Shown: piece by piece, positions 46,899 to 55,018 of the stretch
How the letters are laid out: each line of letters begins with the position of its first letter
Position numbering within the stretch: position 1 is the stretch's first letter
Source: an uncultured Candidatus Saccharibacteria bacterium
Lineage (GTDB): Bacteria > Patescibacteriota > Dojkabacteria > J137
NCBI GenBank assembly: GCA_964561155.1
Contig: CAZLOI010000003.1
Coordinates: 16,832 to 80,831, forward strand
DNA: 64,000 nt
Direction: 5' to 3'
The notes under the pieces: model-generated
Seen by the model: the letters and a program-made list of their open reading frames with translations, nothing else
Database searches by the model: none
What the model was told of the DNA's origin: nothing
Translations under genes and position numbers: made by a program

Positions 46899-47474
46899 TT
46901 AGAAGCTAACCTTTACGTTCTCTCTTTCAGCAGCATCTGCTATTTCAAAGAACTCTCTTTCTTTAATACCAAACATACCAGCTATAAAGCTGTTAGGGAA
47001 AACAACAATCATTCTGTTCAAATCTCGTACAGCACCGTTATAGTATCTTCTTGCAGACTCTAGTTCATCTTCAATTTGCTGCAATGATCTTTGTAGAGAT
47101 AAGAAATTCTCATTTGATTTTAATTCAGGGTAACTTTCAGCAACAGCAAACAATGTTTTAAGAGTAGATCTTAATTCACCTTCCATCTTTCCTAACTCTT
47201 CTGGATTAGAAGTATTCATCATTCCAGATCTTAGGGCTGCAACTTTTTCAAAGATTCCACTCTCCTGTTTTGCATAACCTTTTACAGTTTCTACAAGGTT
47301 AGGAATAAGATCGAATCTCTTCTTTAATTGAACGTCGATTCCGCTCCAAGCTTCATCAACTAATACATTCTGAGATCTTAGACTGTTGTATATTGAAAGA
47401 ACGTATAGTCCTACTGCTAAGGCTATAGCACCAAGAACACATAAGCAAACTAATAAAATTATACCTGCTGACAT
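46899..47474 (-). CDS. LemA family protein
   Basis: N-terminal TM followed by the LemA core (NVLVDEAWSGIDVQLKKRFDLIPNLVETVKGYA). Confidence 0.75.
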   Translation of the reverse strand: MSAGIILLVCLCVLGAIALAVGLYVLSIYNSLRSQNVLVDEAWSGIDVQLKKRFDLIPNLVETVKGYAKQESGIFEKVAALRSGMMNTSNPEELGKMEGELRSTLKTLFAVAESYPELKSNENFLSLQRSLQQIEDELESARRYYNGAVRDLNRMIVVFPNSFIAGMFGIKEREFFEIADAAERENVKVSF

Positions 47475-47535
47475 ATTGTGAAAGTAAATAAGTATTAAGT
47501 AAATTATATGAAAGTAGAGTCAAATAGTAAAGGAA

Positions 47536-48810
47536 TTACTGTTCATCATCAAAACCAGGTCCATCCTCGAAATTATCGTTCGGATCTTCAGAATCTTCAT
47601 CTGAGTCATCATCTTCTAGCGAGAATAAGCTTTTAAGTGCTACTCGTAGCCCCAAAGAATCTATAAATTCTAGCTCTCGCAAGATTGCATATCTTCTTAA
47701 ACAGTTTATATATTCGTAGAACTGAGCTTCATCTACAACTCTCAATCTTTCATATAAATACTCTAGATTTTCATCTAAGTGAAGCACATCATGCAGTAAA
47801 TCCATTGTTTTCTCATACTCAGGATCTGGATCCTCATTTCCCAAATAATATAAACCTTGCTTGAATATATCTTCATCTGTAACTATCAAGGAATCCCAAG
47901 GAGTAAACTCCAACTCTTCATCTATGAGTCTTCTTTTAAGTAACTTCGCTGATTCCAAAGATATGCTTAATCCAAGTCCCATGACAGCTTCTACAATTAG
48001 TTCAGATTCATCCCAGAATAGCATCATGATTTCAGAAATAGCCGCCATGTATTCGGCAACCAATCCTGGAATGATATCTTGTATTTCTGCTTCATCGCCT
48101 CCTTCCAAAGTATTAAAGTATCTAATTCGATTCTTTAAAAAATTGTTTACGTATATATAAACCTGAACATCTGACTGAGCATTATTACTCGGATCTATGG
48201 TGAATTCTGAGAATCTTGTTTCATTTCCATCCCGTAACTCATCTACCAAGTTCTGAAAGTATGTGTAGTTTAAGCCCATTAGTATTGGTGATAGCTCCTC
48301 GGGTTCTATATGTAAAGAATGGAGTATTATTTCATCATCTCCTTCTGCATAGACTGCCTCTGCAGCCTGTTTAGCTAACTCAGCTTCTTTTATATTCTGC
48401 TGCTCAATAATAAAGTCCTCAATAAACCTCTCCTTCCTCTTTTGAATCTTGAGTGCTCCGCTCTCACCAAAATTCATTCCTAGCTTTTCTGTATTAGCTA
48501 ATATCTGCCTAATCACTTCTTCTGGGGCATTAATCAGCTGTGACAATATATGGTGGAGTATCTCTGTAATCTTTTTGTTATTCAAAGCTACAATTTTTGT
48601 ATGAATCCACTTCTCTATTCCAGAACCTTTCTCGGTATCTTTCAATCTTTGTTTTAATTCTGTGATCTGAGACCTAAGGTTTAATTGATCTTGTTTTATG
48701 ATTTCTGGGATATCGTAGGCGGCGAATTGGAAGAAGTAGTTTTCAAAGAGATCAAGTATTTCACTTGAAGGTATAGCTTCGATTAAGTTCAACATAACGG
48801 ATAATATCAT
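47536..48810 (-). CDS. Hypothetical acidic cytoplasmic protein (424 aa) with poly-Asp/Glu C-terminus
   Basis: ORF; C-terminus LEDDDSDEDSEDPNDNFEDGPGFDDEQ. Confidence 0.45.
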   Translation of the reverse strand: MILSVMLNLIEAIPSSEILDLFENYFFQFAAYDIPEIIKQDQLNLRSQITELKQRLKDTEKGSGIEKWIHTKIVALNNKKITEILHHILSQLINAPEEVIRQILANTEKLGMNFGESGALKIQKRKERFIEDFIIEQQNIKEAELAKQAAEAVYAEGDDEIILHSLHIEPEELSPILMGLNYTYFQNLVDELRDGNETRFSEFTIDPSNNAQSDVQVYIYVNNFLKNRIRYFNTLEGGDEAEIQDIIPGLVAEYMAAISEIMMLFWDESELIVEAVMGLGLSISLESAKLLKRRLIDEELEFTPWDSLIVTDEDIFKQGLYYLGNEDPDPEYEKTMDLLHDVLHLDENLEYLYERLRVVDEAQFYEYINCLRRYAILRELEFIDSLGLRVALKSLFSLEDDDSDEDSEDPNDNFEDGPGFDDEQ

Positions 48811-48876
48811 AATTCGCCTATTTATATTTAATCATTCAGAAGATATAATCAGAGCAATAATATTTACCAATTCTAT

Positions 48877-50286
48877 ATGGAAAGAACGCTAGTAAAGGAC
48901 ACTCTGCAAAAGGTAGGTGAAACAGTTATGTTATCCGGATGGGTAGATAATATTAGGGATATGGGTAAAATTGGTTTCATTGACCTTAGAGATAGAACTG
49001 GAAAGATACAGTGTTTCGTAGCTAAAGCTGAAGATCTTAAACAACTTTCTGTTGAAAGTGTAGTTGAAGTAACAGGCCTAGTTAAACAACGACCTGAAAA
49101 GATGATTAATGCGAATGTAGCTACTGGAACTATAGAATTAGAAACAGTATCAATTAAGCTTTTAAATAGAGCAGAAGCTCTACCAATTCCTGTAGAGGGA
49201 GATGGTTATGATATTAACGAAGATGCTAGATTACAATACAGATACTTAGACTTAAGACGAGAAAGACTAGCAAAGGTTGTAAGACTTAGATCTAAGTTCA
49301 TTCGAGCTTTGAGAGAAGCACTTTATGAGCAAGATTTTGTTGAAGTTGAAACACCTATTCTAACTTCATCAACAAAGGAAGGTGCTAGAGACTTTGTTGT
49401 ACCTTCAAGAGTTAATCCAGGAAAGTTCTATGCACTTCCTCAGAGTCCTCAACAGTACAAACAGTTACTTATGGTTGGAGGTGTAGAAAACTATTTTCAA
49501 GTAGCAAGATGTATTAGAGATGAGAACTTGAGAGCAGATAGAGGTTTTGAATTTACTCAACTCGATGTTGAAACAAGTTTTAGAACTCAGGAAGAAGTTA
49601 GAGCTCTAATGGAGAAGGTTGTAACTGATGCAGTTCTTGCAGTTGATGGGAAACTAAAAAAAGGTCCTTTTGCGACATATACGTTTGCAGAAGTAATTGA
49701 GAAATTCGGAGATGACAAGTTTGATATTCGAACAGAGGAAGAGAAAGCTGAAGGTGTTTTGGCATTCGCTTGGGTGACAAGATATCCAATGTTTAAGAAG
49801 GTAGACAAGGAAGATGCAGCAGAGGTTATGGATGGGAAAAGTGGTTGGACATTTACTCATAACCCTTTCTCAGGAATAATTGAGGAACACTGGGATATGC
49901 ATTTAAAAGGAGAGAATATTGATCAAATAGAAGCAACTCAATATGACTTGGTATGTAACGGATATGAGATTGGAAGTGGAAGTATCCGAAACTATAGACC
50001 AGACCTACTAAGAGCTACATACAAGACAATGGGATATTCAGATGAAGAAACTGAGGAGAGTATAGGGCATATGCTAAAGGCGTTTGAGCTTGGAGCACCA
50101 CCACACGGAGGAATTGGACTAGGAATCGAAAGATTAATTATGCTTTTGTCTCAGGAAAAGTCTCTAAAAGAAACTGTAGCTTTCCCAATGACTTATACAG
50201 GAAAGACAGCAGTTATGAATGGACCTTCTGAATTACCCGAACAAGTCCTAAAAGACCTTCACTTAGTCGTTACAAATAAAAAATAA
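48877..50286 (+). CDS. aspS: Aspartyl-tRNA synthetase, short archaeal/non-discriminating type
   Basis: N-terminal OB anticodon-binding domain (LSGWVDNIRDMGKIGFIDLRD), class II motif 2 FTQLDVETSF, motif 3 GGIGLGIERL. Confidence 0.75.
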   Translation: MERTLVKDTLQKVGETVMLSGWVDNIRDMGKIGFIDLRDRTGKIQCFVAKAEDLKQLSVESVVEVTGLVKQRPEKMINANVATGTIELETVSIKLLNRAEALPIPVEGDGYDINEDARLQYRYLDLRRERLAKVVRLRSKFIRALREALYEQDFVEVETPILTSSTKEGARDFVVPSRVNPGKFYALPQSPQQYKQLLMVGGVENYFQVARCIRDENLRADRGFEFTQLDVETSFRTQEEVRALMEKVVTDAVLAVDGKLKKGPFATYTFAEVIEKFGDDKFDIRTEEEKAEGVLAFAWVTRYPMFKKVDKEDAAEVMDGKSGWTFTHNPFSGIIEEHWDMHLKGENIDQIEATQYDLVCNGYEIGSGSIRNYRPDLLRATYKTMGYSDEETEESIGHMLKAFELGAPPHGGIGLGIERLIMLLSQEKSLKETVAFPMTYTGKTAVMNGPSELPEQVLKDLHLVVTNKK

Positions 50287-50287
50287 T

Positions 50288-50668
50288 ATGGAATTACAAA
50301 CATATGTAGAGCTTTCACCAGAGTTATTGGAGGATGTAACAAATCAGATAGCAGGTATTGTAGCTAGAGATAGGAATGCTATTGTCGTCATTGTCTCTAC
50401 TGCTCAGAGTGAATCTGAAGTGGGGGTAACAAAAATGCAAGTATTAAAAGATGCGATTGGGAAGATTCTAGATATGTACTTTGGAAATAGTGAAAACAAC
50501 TATTCATTTGAGAATTACTCGCCTGAGGATTTGCTAACGTTGTACAAGATTGTTGGACCAGCAATATCTGAGGCTTTTGGTGCTCCAAGGAGAGAATCTA
50601 CAGAGTTAGCCGCAGAAAGTCTCTTGAATGCTATTCTTCTGGAATATAGTCCAGAGCTAGAGAACTAG
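50288..50668 (+). CDS. Hypothetical small acidic protein (126 aa)
   Basis: ATG 1 nt after the aspS stop. Confidence 0.4.
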   Translation: MELQTYVELSPELLEDVTNQIAGIVARDRNAIVVIVSTAQSESEVGVTKMQVLKDAIGKILDMYFGNSENNYSFENYSPEDLLTLYKIVGPAISEAFGAPRRESTELAAESLLNAILLEYSPELEN

Positions 50669-50713
50669 ACCCACAAATATTAAAGGATTTAAGTTTAGAA
50701 ATAGTTAAGAAGA

Positions 50714-50746
50714 AGTAGGGACTAAAATGTCTCTACTCTTTTTTTG
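50714..50746. terminator. Bidirectional terminator hairpin between convergent genes
   Basis: AGTAGGGAC-taaaat-GTCTCTACT (9 bp, one G-U) followed by CTTTTTTTG; overlaps the last codons of the minus-strand gene. Confidence 0.4.
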
Positions 50747-51168
50747 AATCTAGCAATAGATTCCTTAGCTTCAGGTATATCTAGATGATCTCTAAAGAAA
50801 TTGTCCCATCCTTTGCCGTTATTTAGACCAGGTGCAAAGTGAGTGAAATCTTCTGGTATAAAATCACTAAAATCTAACTTAAGATATCCCCACAATGTAA
50901 AACCTTCTGTATCATCAGTTTTCGTATATCCGTGTTTTGCTGCTTTATCCTCAATGATATTAAAGACTACATGTACGTTCATGAATCTATATTCATGCAA
51001 AGCCTCATATCTGGATGCAGTGTTTGAACAACTAATCTGTACCCGCGAATTGTCGAAATCTCTTGCAAGATCCATACGTCCAGTCTCAGGAAACTTGGAT
51101 ATTTCTAAAAGAGTGAATATCTTGAGAACAACCTCGTGTAATGTTTTATTATAGATCTCCTTTATCAT
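50722..51168 (-). CDS. Hypothetical protein (148 aa)
   Basis: ORF with no recognisable motif. Confidence 0.4.
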   Translation of the reverse strand: MIKEIYNKTLHEVVLKIFTLLEISKFPETGRMDLARDFDNSRVQISCSNTASRYEALHEYRFMNVHVVFNIIEDKAAKHGYTKTDDTEGFTLWGYLKLDFSDFIPEDFTHFAPGLNNGKGWDNFFRDHLDIPEAKESIARFKKRVETF

Positions 51169-51187
51169 AATATTATTATACTAGGTA

Positions 51188-51213
51188 GGAGAGGGGTACG
51201 AATATCCCTCTCC
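51188..51213. terminator. GC-rich hairpin GGAGAGGG-N10-CCCTCTCC immediately 3' of the GC-rich small ORF
   Basis: 8-bp perfect inverted repeat; composition atypical for the window. Confidence 0.3.
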
Positions 51214-51238
51214 AGGTATTTATGACCGTACAGCCTTC

Positions 51239-51514
51239 TTACCTATTTGGCCAGTTCGGATCGTCGACGTTGTCGCCACGACGCGTGTCATATTGGGCAT
51301 CCTCTTTCGAGGTTCCTTCACCGCGAATATACACGACATCGCCACCCTTATCGTAGACGATATGACCGTGGTTGGAATCATTGTCCTTTCCGATGATCAC
51401 GGCTCGGGCATCGTCACTTGAGCGGGTGTAATGTTTATCCACCTCACCAGTGTTGCGATCATCCCTCTGCTTGTCATTCGAATCCGACTTCTGATTACCC
51501 TTCGGGTCACTCAT
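51239..51514 (-). CDS. Small hydrophilic protein (91 aa from the ATG) in a compositionally foreign, GC-rich (about 52%) cassette; only gene in the window with a strong SD
   Basis: AGGAGG 6 nt upstream of ATG 51514 (complement); protein MSDPKGNQKSD...GHIVYDKGGDVVYIRGEGTSKED...; codon usage rich in GAC, CGC and ATC unlike neighbours. Confidence 0.5.
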   Translation of the reverse strand: MSDPKGNQKSDSNDKQRDDRNTGEVDKHYTRSSDDARAVIIGKDNDSNHGHIVYDKGGDVVYIRGEGTSKEDAQYDTRRGDNVDDPNWPNR

Positions 51515-51626
51515 TGTGAGCCTCCTCACACTATTACCAGGCCAATATACACTGGTACAAAGAGTTTACTCTGGAAGAATCATTTCAACATTGTCATGCA
51601 ATACAAATTTTGGGACTTTTTTTAAT

Positions 51627-52106
51627 CTACCTCTCTAGTACAGAATTAAGGTATATCTCTACCTTTTCAAGTTCTTCGACCAAAGAATCTAGCTGATCTT
51701 GAGTCATCGTTTCAGTTAATATACTTCCTTCAATAAAGGATAGCTCATCATATGCTTGCAGAACTGGAGTCATTAAATGCATATCCTCATCTGGCATATT
51801 CTCTAGGATATAGGTAATATTGTGTAAATACCAACGTACCGCCTCAAGTAAATCAGAAGTTGTATACAACTCTCTTCCATCAAATATTTCAGATACAGGT
51901 CTAATGGTATTCTTGAAATCATCCGATTTCCTCTGCTTTTCTGTAATATTTCTTGAAGTGTAAATTGAAACACAAATAACGGCCACTATTGCCAGAGTGC
52001 TAATTCCTAGAAGCAGAAACTCTTTCAGCTCTTGCTTGAAAGTAGTCCTATTGTACCTATACCTTGGTCTTTCTCTACCAACAGTATACGTGTAGGTATT
52101 CTTCAT
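51627..52106 (-). CDS. Hypothetical single-TM protein (159 aa)
   Basis: ORF with a central TM segment LLGISTLAIVAVICVSIY. Confidence 0.4.
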   Translation of the reverse strand: MKNTYTYTVGRERPRYRYNRTTFKQELKEFLLLGISTLAIVAVICVSIYTSRNITEKQRKSDDFKNTIRPVSEIFDGRELYTTSDLLEAVRWYLHNITYILENMPDEDMHLMTPVLQAYDELSFIEGSILTETMTQDQLDSLVEELEKVEIYLNSVLER

Positions 52107-52210
52107 AAATAAATTATAGCGCCAAGGTGTAATTTGAGGAAGAAATTTGTACTAAGTATCAAGAATATTGAAAGCAATAAATATAGAAGCAATTAAGAAC
52201 AAGAATAACT

Positions 52211-52687
52211 TTAGTTGGAGCAGTCTACCCATTCTCCAACTACAACCTCTTTAAATCCATTAACCTTCATATCTATGCTCTGTGACTTCGTACCACAATT
52301 GAAAGATACATTCTCATTTTTTAATATAGCTGTATCGTAGAAGGTTTGGATATCAAATAGAAACCCAAAAGGTGGTACTCCACCAATAACTAGTCCGTAC
52401 TTTTCATATATCACCTCTGGCTTCTCAAAAGAAAAGTTCTCTCCTATAACCTCTTTTAATTTCTTTGAATCAATCTTCCTGTCCCCTGGCAATACAACCA
52501 TGTAGTTAGCATTGCTCTTTGAAGTACGAAGAATTAAAGCCTTGGCTCCTTCATGTAGCGGTGTACCTCTAACCCTTGCAGAATCGATACTAGTTGGAGT
52601 TGGTTCGTGTTCAAGATATTTAAAAGGAATAGATTTAGAGGAAAGCAATGATCTTATTTGTTCTGATATTTGAATACCTTTGTCCAT
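52211..52687 (-). CDS. YbaK/ProX-type aminoacyl-tRNA deacylase
   Basis: GAKALIL...GLVIGGVPPFGF matches the YbaK-domain signature. Confidence 0.7.
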   Translation of the reverse strand: MDKGIQISEQIRSLLSSKSIPFKYLEHEPTPTSIDSARVRGTPLHEGAKALILRTSKSNANYMVVLPGDRKIDSKKLKEVIGENFSFEKPEVIYEKYGLVIGGVPPFGFLFDIQTFYDTAILKNENVSFNCGTKSQSIDMKVNGFKEVVVGEWVDCSN

Positions 52688-52700
52688 TGAAGTTAAATAA

Positions 52701-52784
52701 TACTGAGGGAGGGAGTCGAACCCTCACGCCCATTACGAGCAACGGATTTTAAGTCCGTAGTGTCTACCATTCCACCACCCCAGC
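52701..52784 (-). tRNA. tRNA-Leu (anticodon TAA), long variable arm, no encoded CCA
   Basis: Hand-folded: acceptor GCTGGGG/CCTCAGT (two G-U), anticodon stem ACGGA/TCCGT with loop CTTAAAA, 16-nt variable arm, T-arm GAGGG-TTCGACT-CCCTC. Confidence 0.8.
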
Positions 52785-52820
52785 ATGTTTGTGAATTATA
52801 TCGCAAAATAAGTATCTGGG

Positions 52821-53879
52821 CTACTTTTCCCTGAACTTAAATCCAGTAGGATTACCCTCTGCAATAACTATCTTGTATGTATGAAACCTCAAACTTGGGT
52901 GAGATATCCTAACATCATATGTTCCCAAAGGAATTGGTGATGACAAAGAGAACTTACCTTCCTGAGATGTAGATACCCTTGCTACAACTCTGTCTGTAGA
53001 AATAAAATCAATTATTGCATTCGGAACTGGGACATCTTTCTTGCTAACAACAATACCAACAATCATCTTTCCAGCTGTAGCCATTCTTTCAAGCTTGTTC
53101 TGCACAGGAGCATTGTTCTTAAACTGATTGTCATTCATGATTAGCTTCACTTCCATGAATAGCTCATTAATCTCCTCAGTTATCCTTCTTTCACTAACTG
53201 GATCCTTTCCAGAATACTTCGAAAGCTCATACTTCAATCTTTCGATCTCCCTTTTGTATTCCTCCATAGAAGCAAACTTCCTTCCTTCTGGTCTTGAACC
53301 CATTGTTTGCTTTGGAGCTACATTCACCTTCTGCTTAGCCACAGTTTCAAATACAGGAACATTTCTTTGAGTATTAATCACCTCTTTCCCGAATACGTCT
53401 TCATATATTGCATTCACATTCTCCTTAGGAGCATCTAGTGTATCCACTGTTTCTGTTACTGGATCTACAACCTTTGGACTACCGAAAAGCTTTTCTAAAG
53501 GTAGTTTGTCTATATCTATCATTTTCTTGTCTAAGGCAGATTCAAGACTTTCATCCTTGGTATCACTTTTAACCATAGGAGAGAAGAGAGTGTCTGTTGA
53601 AACACGTTGCTTCTGCCATACGTATCTTGGGGAAACAAAGATTGCTTTAATATATCCAAAGACCCATTTCTCAAACCCCGGTATTATCGCTGTCATTACA
53701 CCAATACCAATAGCTGCAAGTATTAACGGAATCTTGATTAAAAGGTTAATATTGATTACAAAAATACCAATAGCTACAAGTACACCGACAAGAATTCTTA
53801 CGAATTGCTTAAGTGTAAAGGCACCGAATAGTTTAAATTCTGTGCTTAAAAAGTTTTGTGGTACTGGATGCGGTTCCAT
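52821..53879 (-). CDS. Membrane protein with PrgI/VirB3-like N-terminal motif and C-terminal carboxypeptidase-regulatory-like beta-sandwich domain
   Basis: N-terminus VPQNFLSTEFKLFGAFTLKQFVRILVGVLVAI plus 2 TMs; C-terminus GKMIVGIVVSKKDVPVPNAIIDFIST...GTYDVRISHPSL. Confidence 0.4.
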   Translation of the reverse strand: MEPHPVPQNFLSTEFKLFGAFTLKQFVRILVGVLVAIGIFVININLLIKIPLILAAIGIGVMTAIIPGFEKWVFGYIKAIFVSPRYVWQKQRVSTDTLFSPMVKSDTKDESLESALDKKMIDIDKLPLEKLFGSPKVVDPVTETVDTLDAPKENVNAIYEDVFGKEVINTQRNVPVFETVAKQKVNVAPKQTMGSRPEGRKFASMEEYKREIERLKYELSKYSGKDPVSERRITEEINELFMEVKLIMNDNQFKNNAPVQNKLERMATAGKMIVGIVVSKKDVPVPNAIIDFISTDRVVARVSTSQEGKFSLSSPIPLGTYDVRISHPSLRFHTYKIVIAEGNPTGFKFREK

Positions 53880-53910
53880 AGATACATGTTACAACCAATA
53901 GACTTCAGTC

Positions 53911-54222
53911 TCAAGGGATTAAGTATTGCTGAATTCTCTGTACATTAGTTCCATGCTCAGATTCAAAGACAGCAGACATATCTGTCCCACACTCATATAC
54001 GTCTCCTCCAGAATGCGTACTACGAAGCTCTGTAACATCATATTGATTATCAAATATTGTAACTATACACTCCCCTTCCTTGTTTCCTACAGAGTTTGCA
54101 ACTATTATTGCTATTACTACTACAACAATTACTCCTGGGATAGCTAATATTCCTTTGTTCATTTCTATATTATAAAATGTATATCTACATTCTAATAGAA
54201 AAACGATAAAAAAATACCCCAT
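53911..54222 (-). CDS. Small membrane/secreted protein (true start probably the internal MNKGIL...)
   Basis: ORF with hydrophobic segment GVIVVVVIAIIVANS. Confidence 0.3.
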   Translation of the reverse strand: MGYFFIVFLLECRYTFYNIEMNKGILAIPGVIVVVVIAIIVANSVGNKEGECIVTIFDNQYDVTELRSTHSGGDVYECGTDMSAVFESEHGTNVQRIQQYLIP

Positions 54223-54252
54223 TTCTGGGGTATTTCAAATTCTTTTATAAAA

Positions 54253-54618
54253 TTATTCACCCTTAGCTTTCTTTGCAACAGCCTTCTTTGCTGGTTTCTT
54301 AACCTCTGCTACAACTTCTTCTTTCTTAGCCTTTGGAGCTACTACAGCTTCAGCTGCCTTTGCAACAATATCTACATACTTCTGAGTTCTTTTATGTCCT
54401 GTCATCCTTCTGAATGCAACAAATCCTTCAGACTTAGCGAATATTGTAAAGTCCTTGCCCATAGCTGCATTTGTACCTGGGTGAAAGCTTGAGCCTCTCT
54501 GTCTTACGATAATTTCGCCAGACTTAACGTACTCACCTCCGTATCTTTTGATACCAAGTCTTTTACCTGCTACATTTACATTTCTTTTGACTGAACCAAC
54601 GGACGCTGAATGTGCCAT
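54253..54618 (-). CDS. rpmA: 50S ribosomal protein L27 with Lys/Ala-rich C-terminal extension
   Basis: MAHSASVGSVKRNVNVAGKRLGIKRYGGE...IIVRQRGSSFHPGTN core, then about 35-aa KAKKEEVVAEVKKPAKKAVAKKAKGE tail. Confidence 0.9.
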   Translation of the reverse strand: MAHSASVGSVKRNVNVAGKRLGIKRYGGEYVKSGEIIVRQRGSSFHPGTNAAMGKDFTIFAKSEGFVAFRRMTGHKRTQKYVDIVAKAAEAVVAPKAKKEEVVAEVKKPAKKAVAKKAKGE

Positions 54619-54629
54619 ATACTATATAT

Positions 54630-54941
54630 TTACTTAATACTAATAACTTTAATTAGAGTGTTTTCTTCTCTTTTTCCTCTTGTTCTTCTATATCTTGATT
54701 TAGCTTTGTATATTCTACTAACTACTTTCTTTCCTTTTTCATGACCTAGTACTTCAATATCTACTGAAACATTTCCAAGATATGGTTTTCCAAACTCTAC
54801 AGAATCATTATCAGTTAATGATAATACCTTGTCTAGCTTTGTTTTTCCTGCTTCCGCAGTGAATTTAGGTAATGTGTATGACTTGCCTTCTGTTAATGAA
54901 AACTGTCTACCTCCTATTTCAATTACTACTGTTTTTGCCAT
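54630..54941 (-). CDS. rplU: 50S ribosomal protein L21
   Basis: MAKTVVIEIGGRQFSLTEGK...KVVSRIYKAKSRYRRTRGKR; immediately upstream of rpmA. Confidence 0.9.
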   Translation of the reverse strand: MAKTVVIEIGGRQFSLTEGKSYTLPKFTAEAGKTKLDKVLSLTDNDSVEFGKPYLGNVSVDIEVLGHEKGKKVVSRIYKAKSRYRRTRGKREENTLIKVISIK

Positions 54942-55018
54942 AAATACGCCTTAAAATTGCTTTTGAATAATACTATAAAAACTCCGGTTAATCAACTAAT
55001 AAAGGCTAAAAGCTAGCT

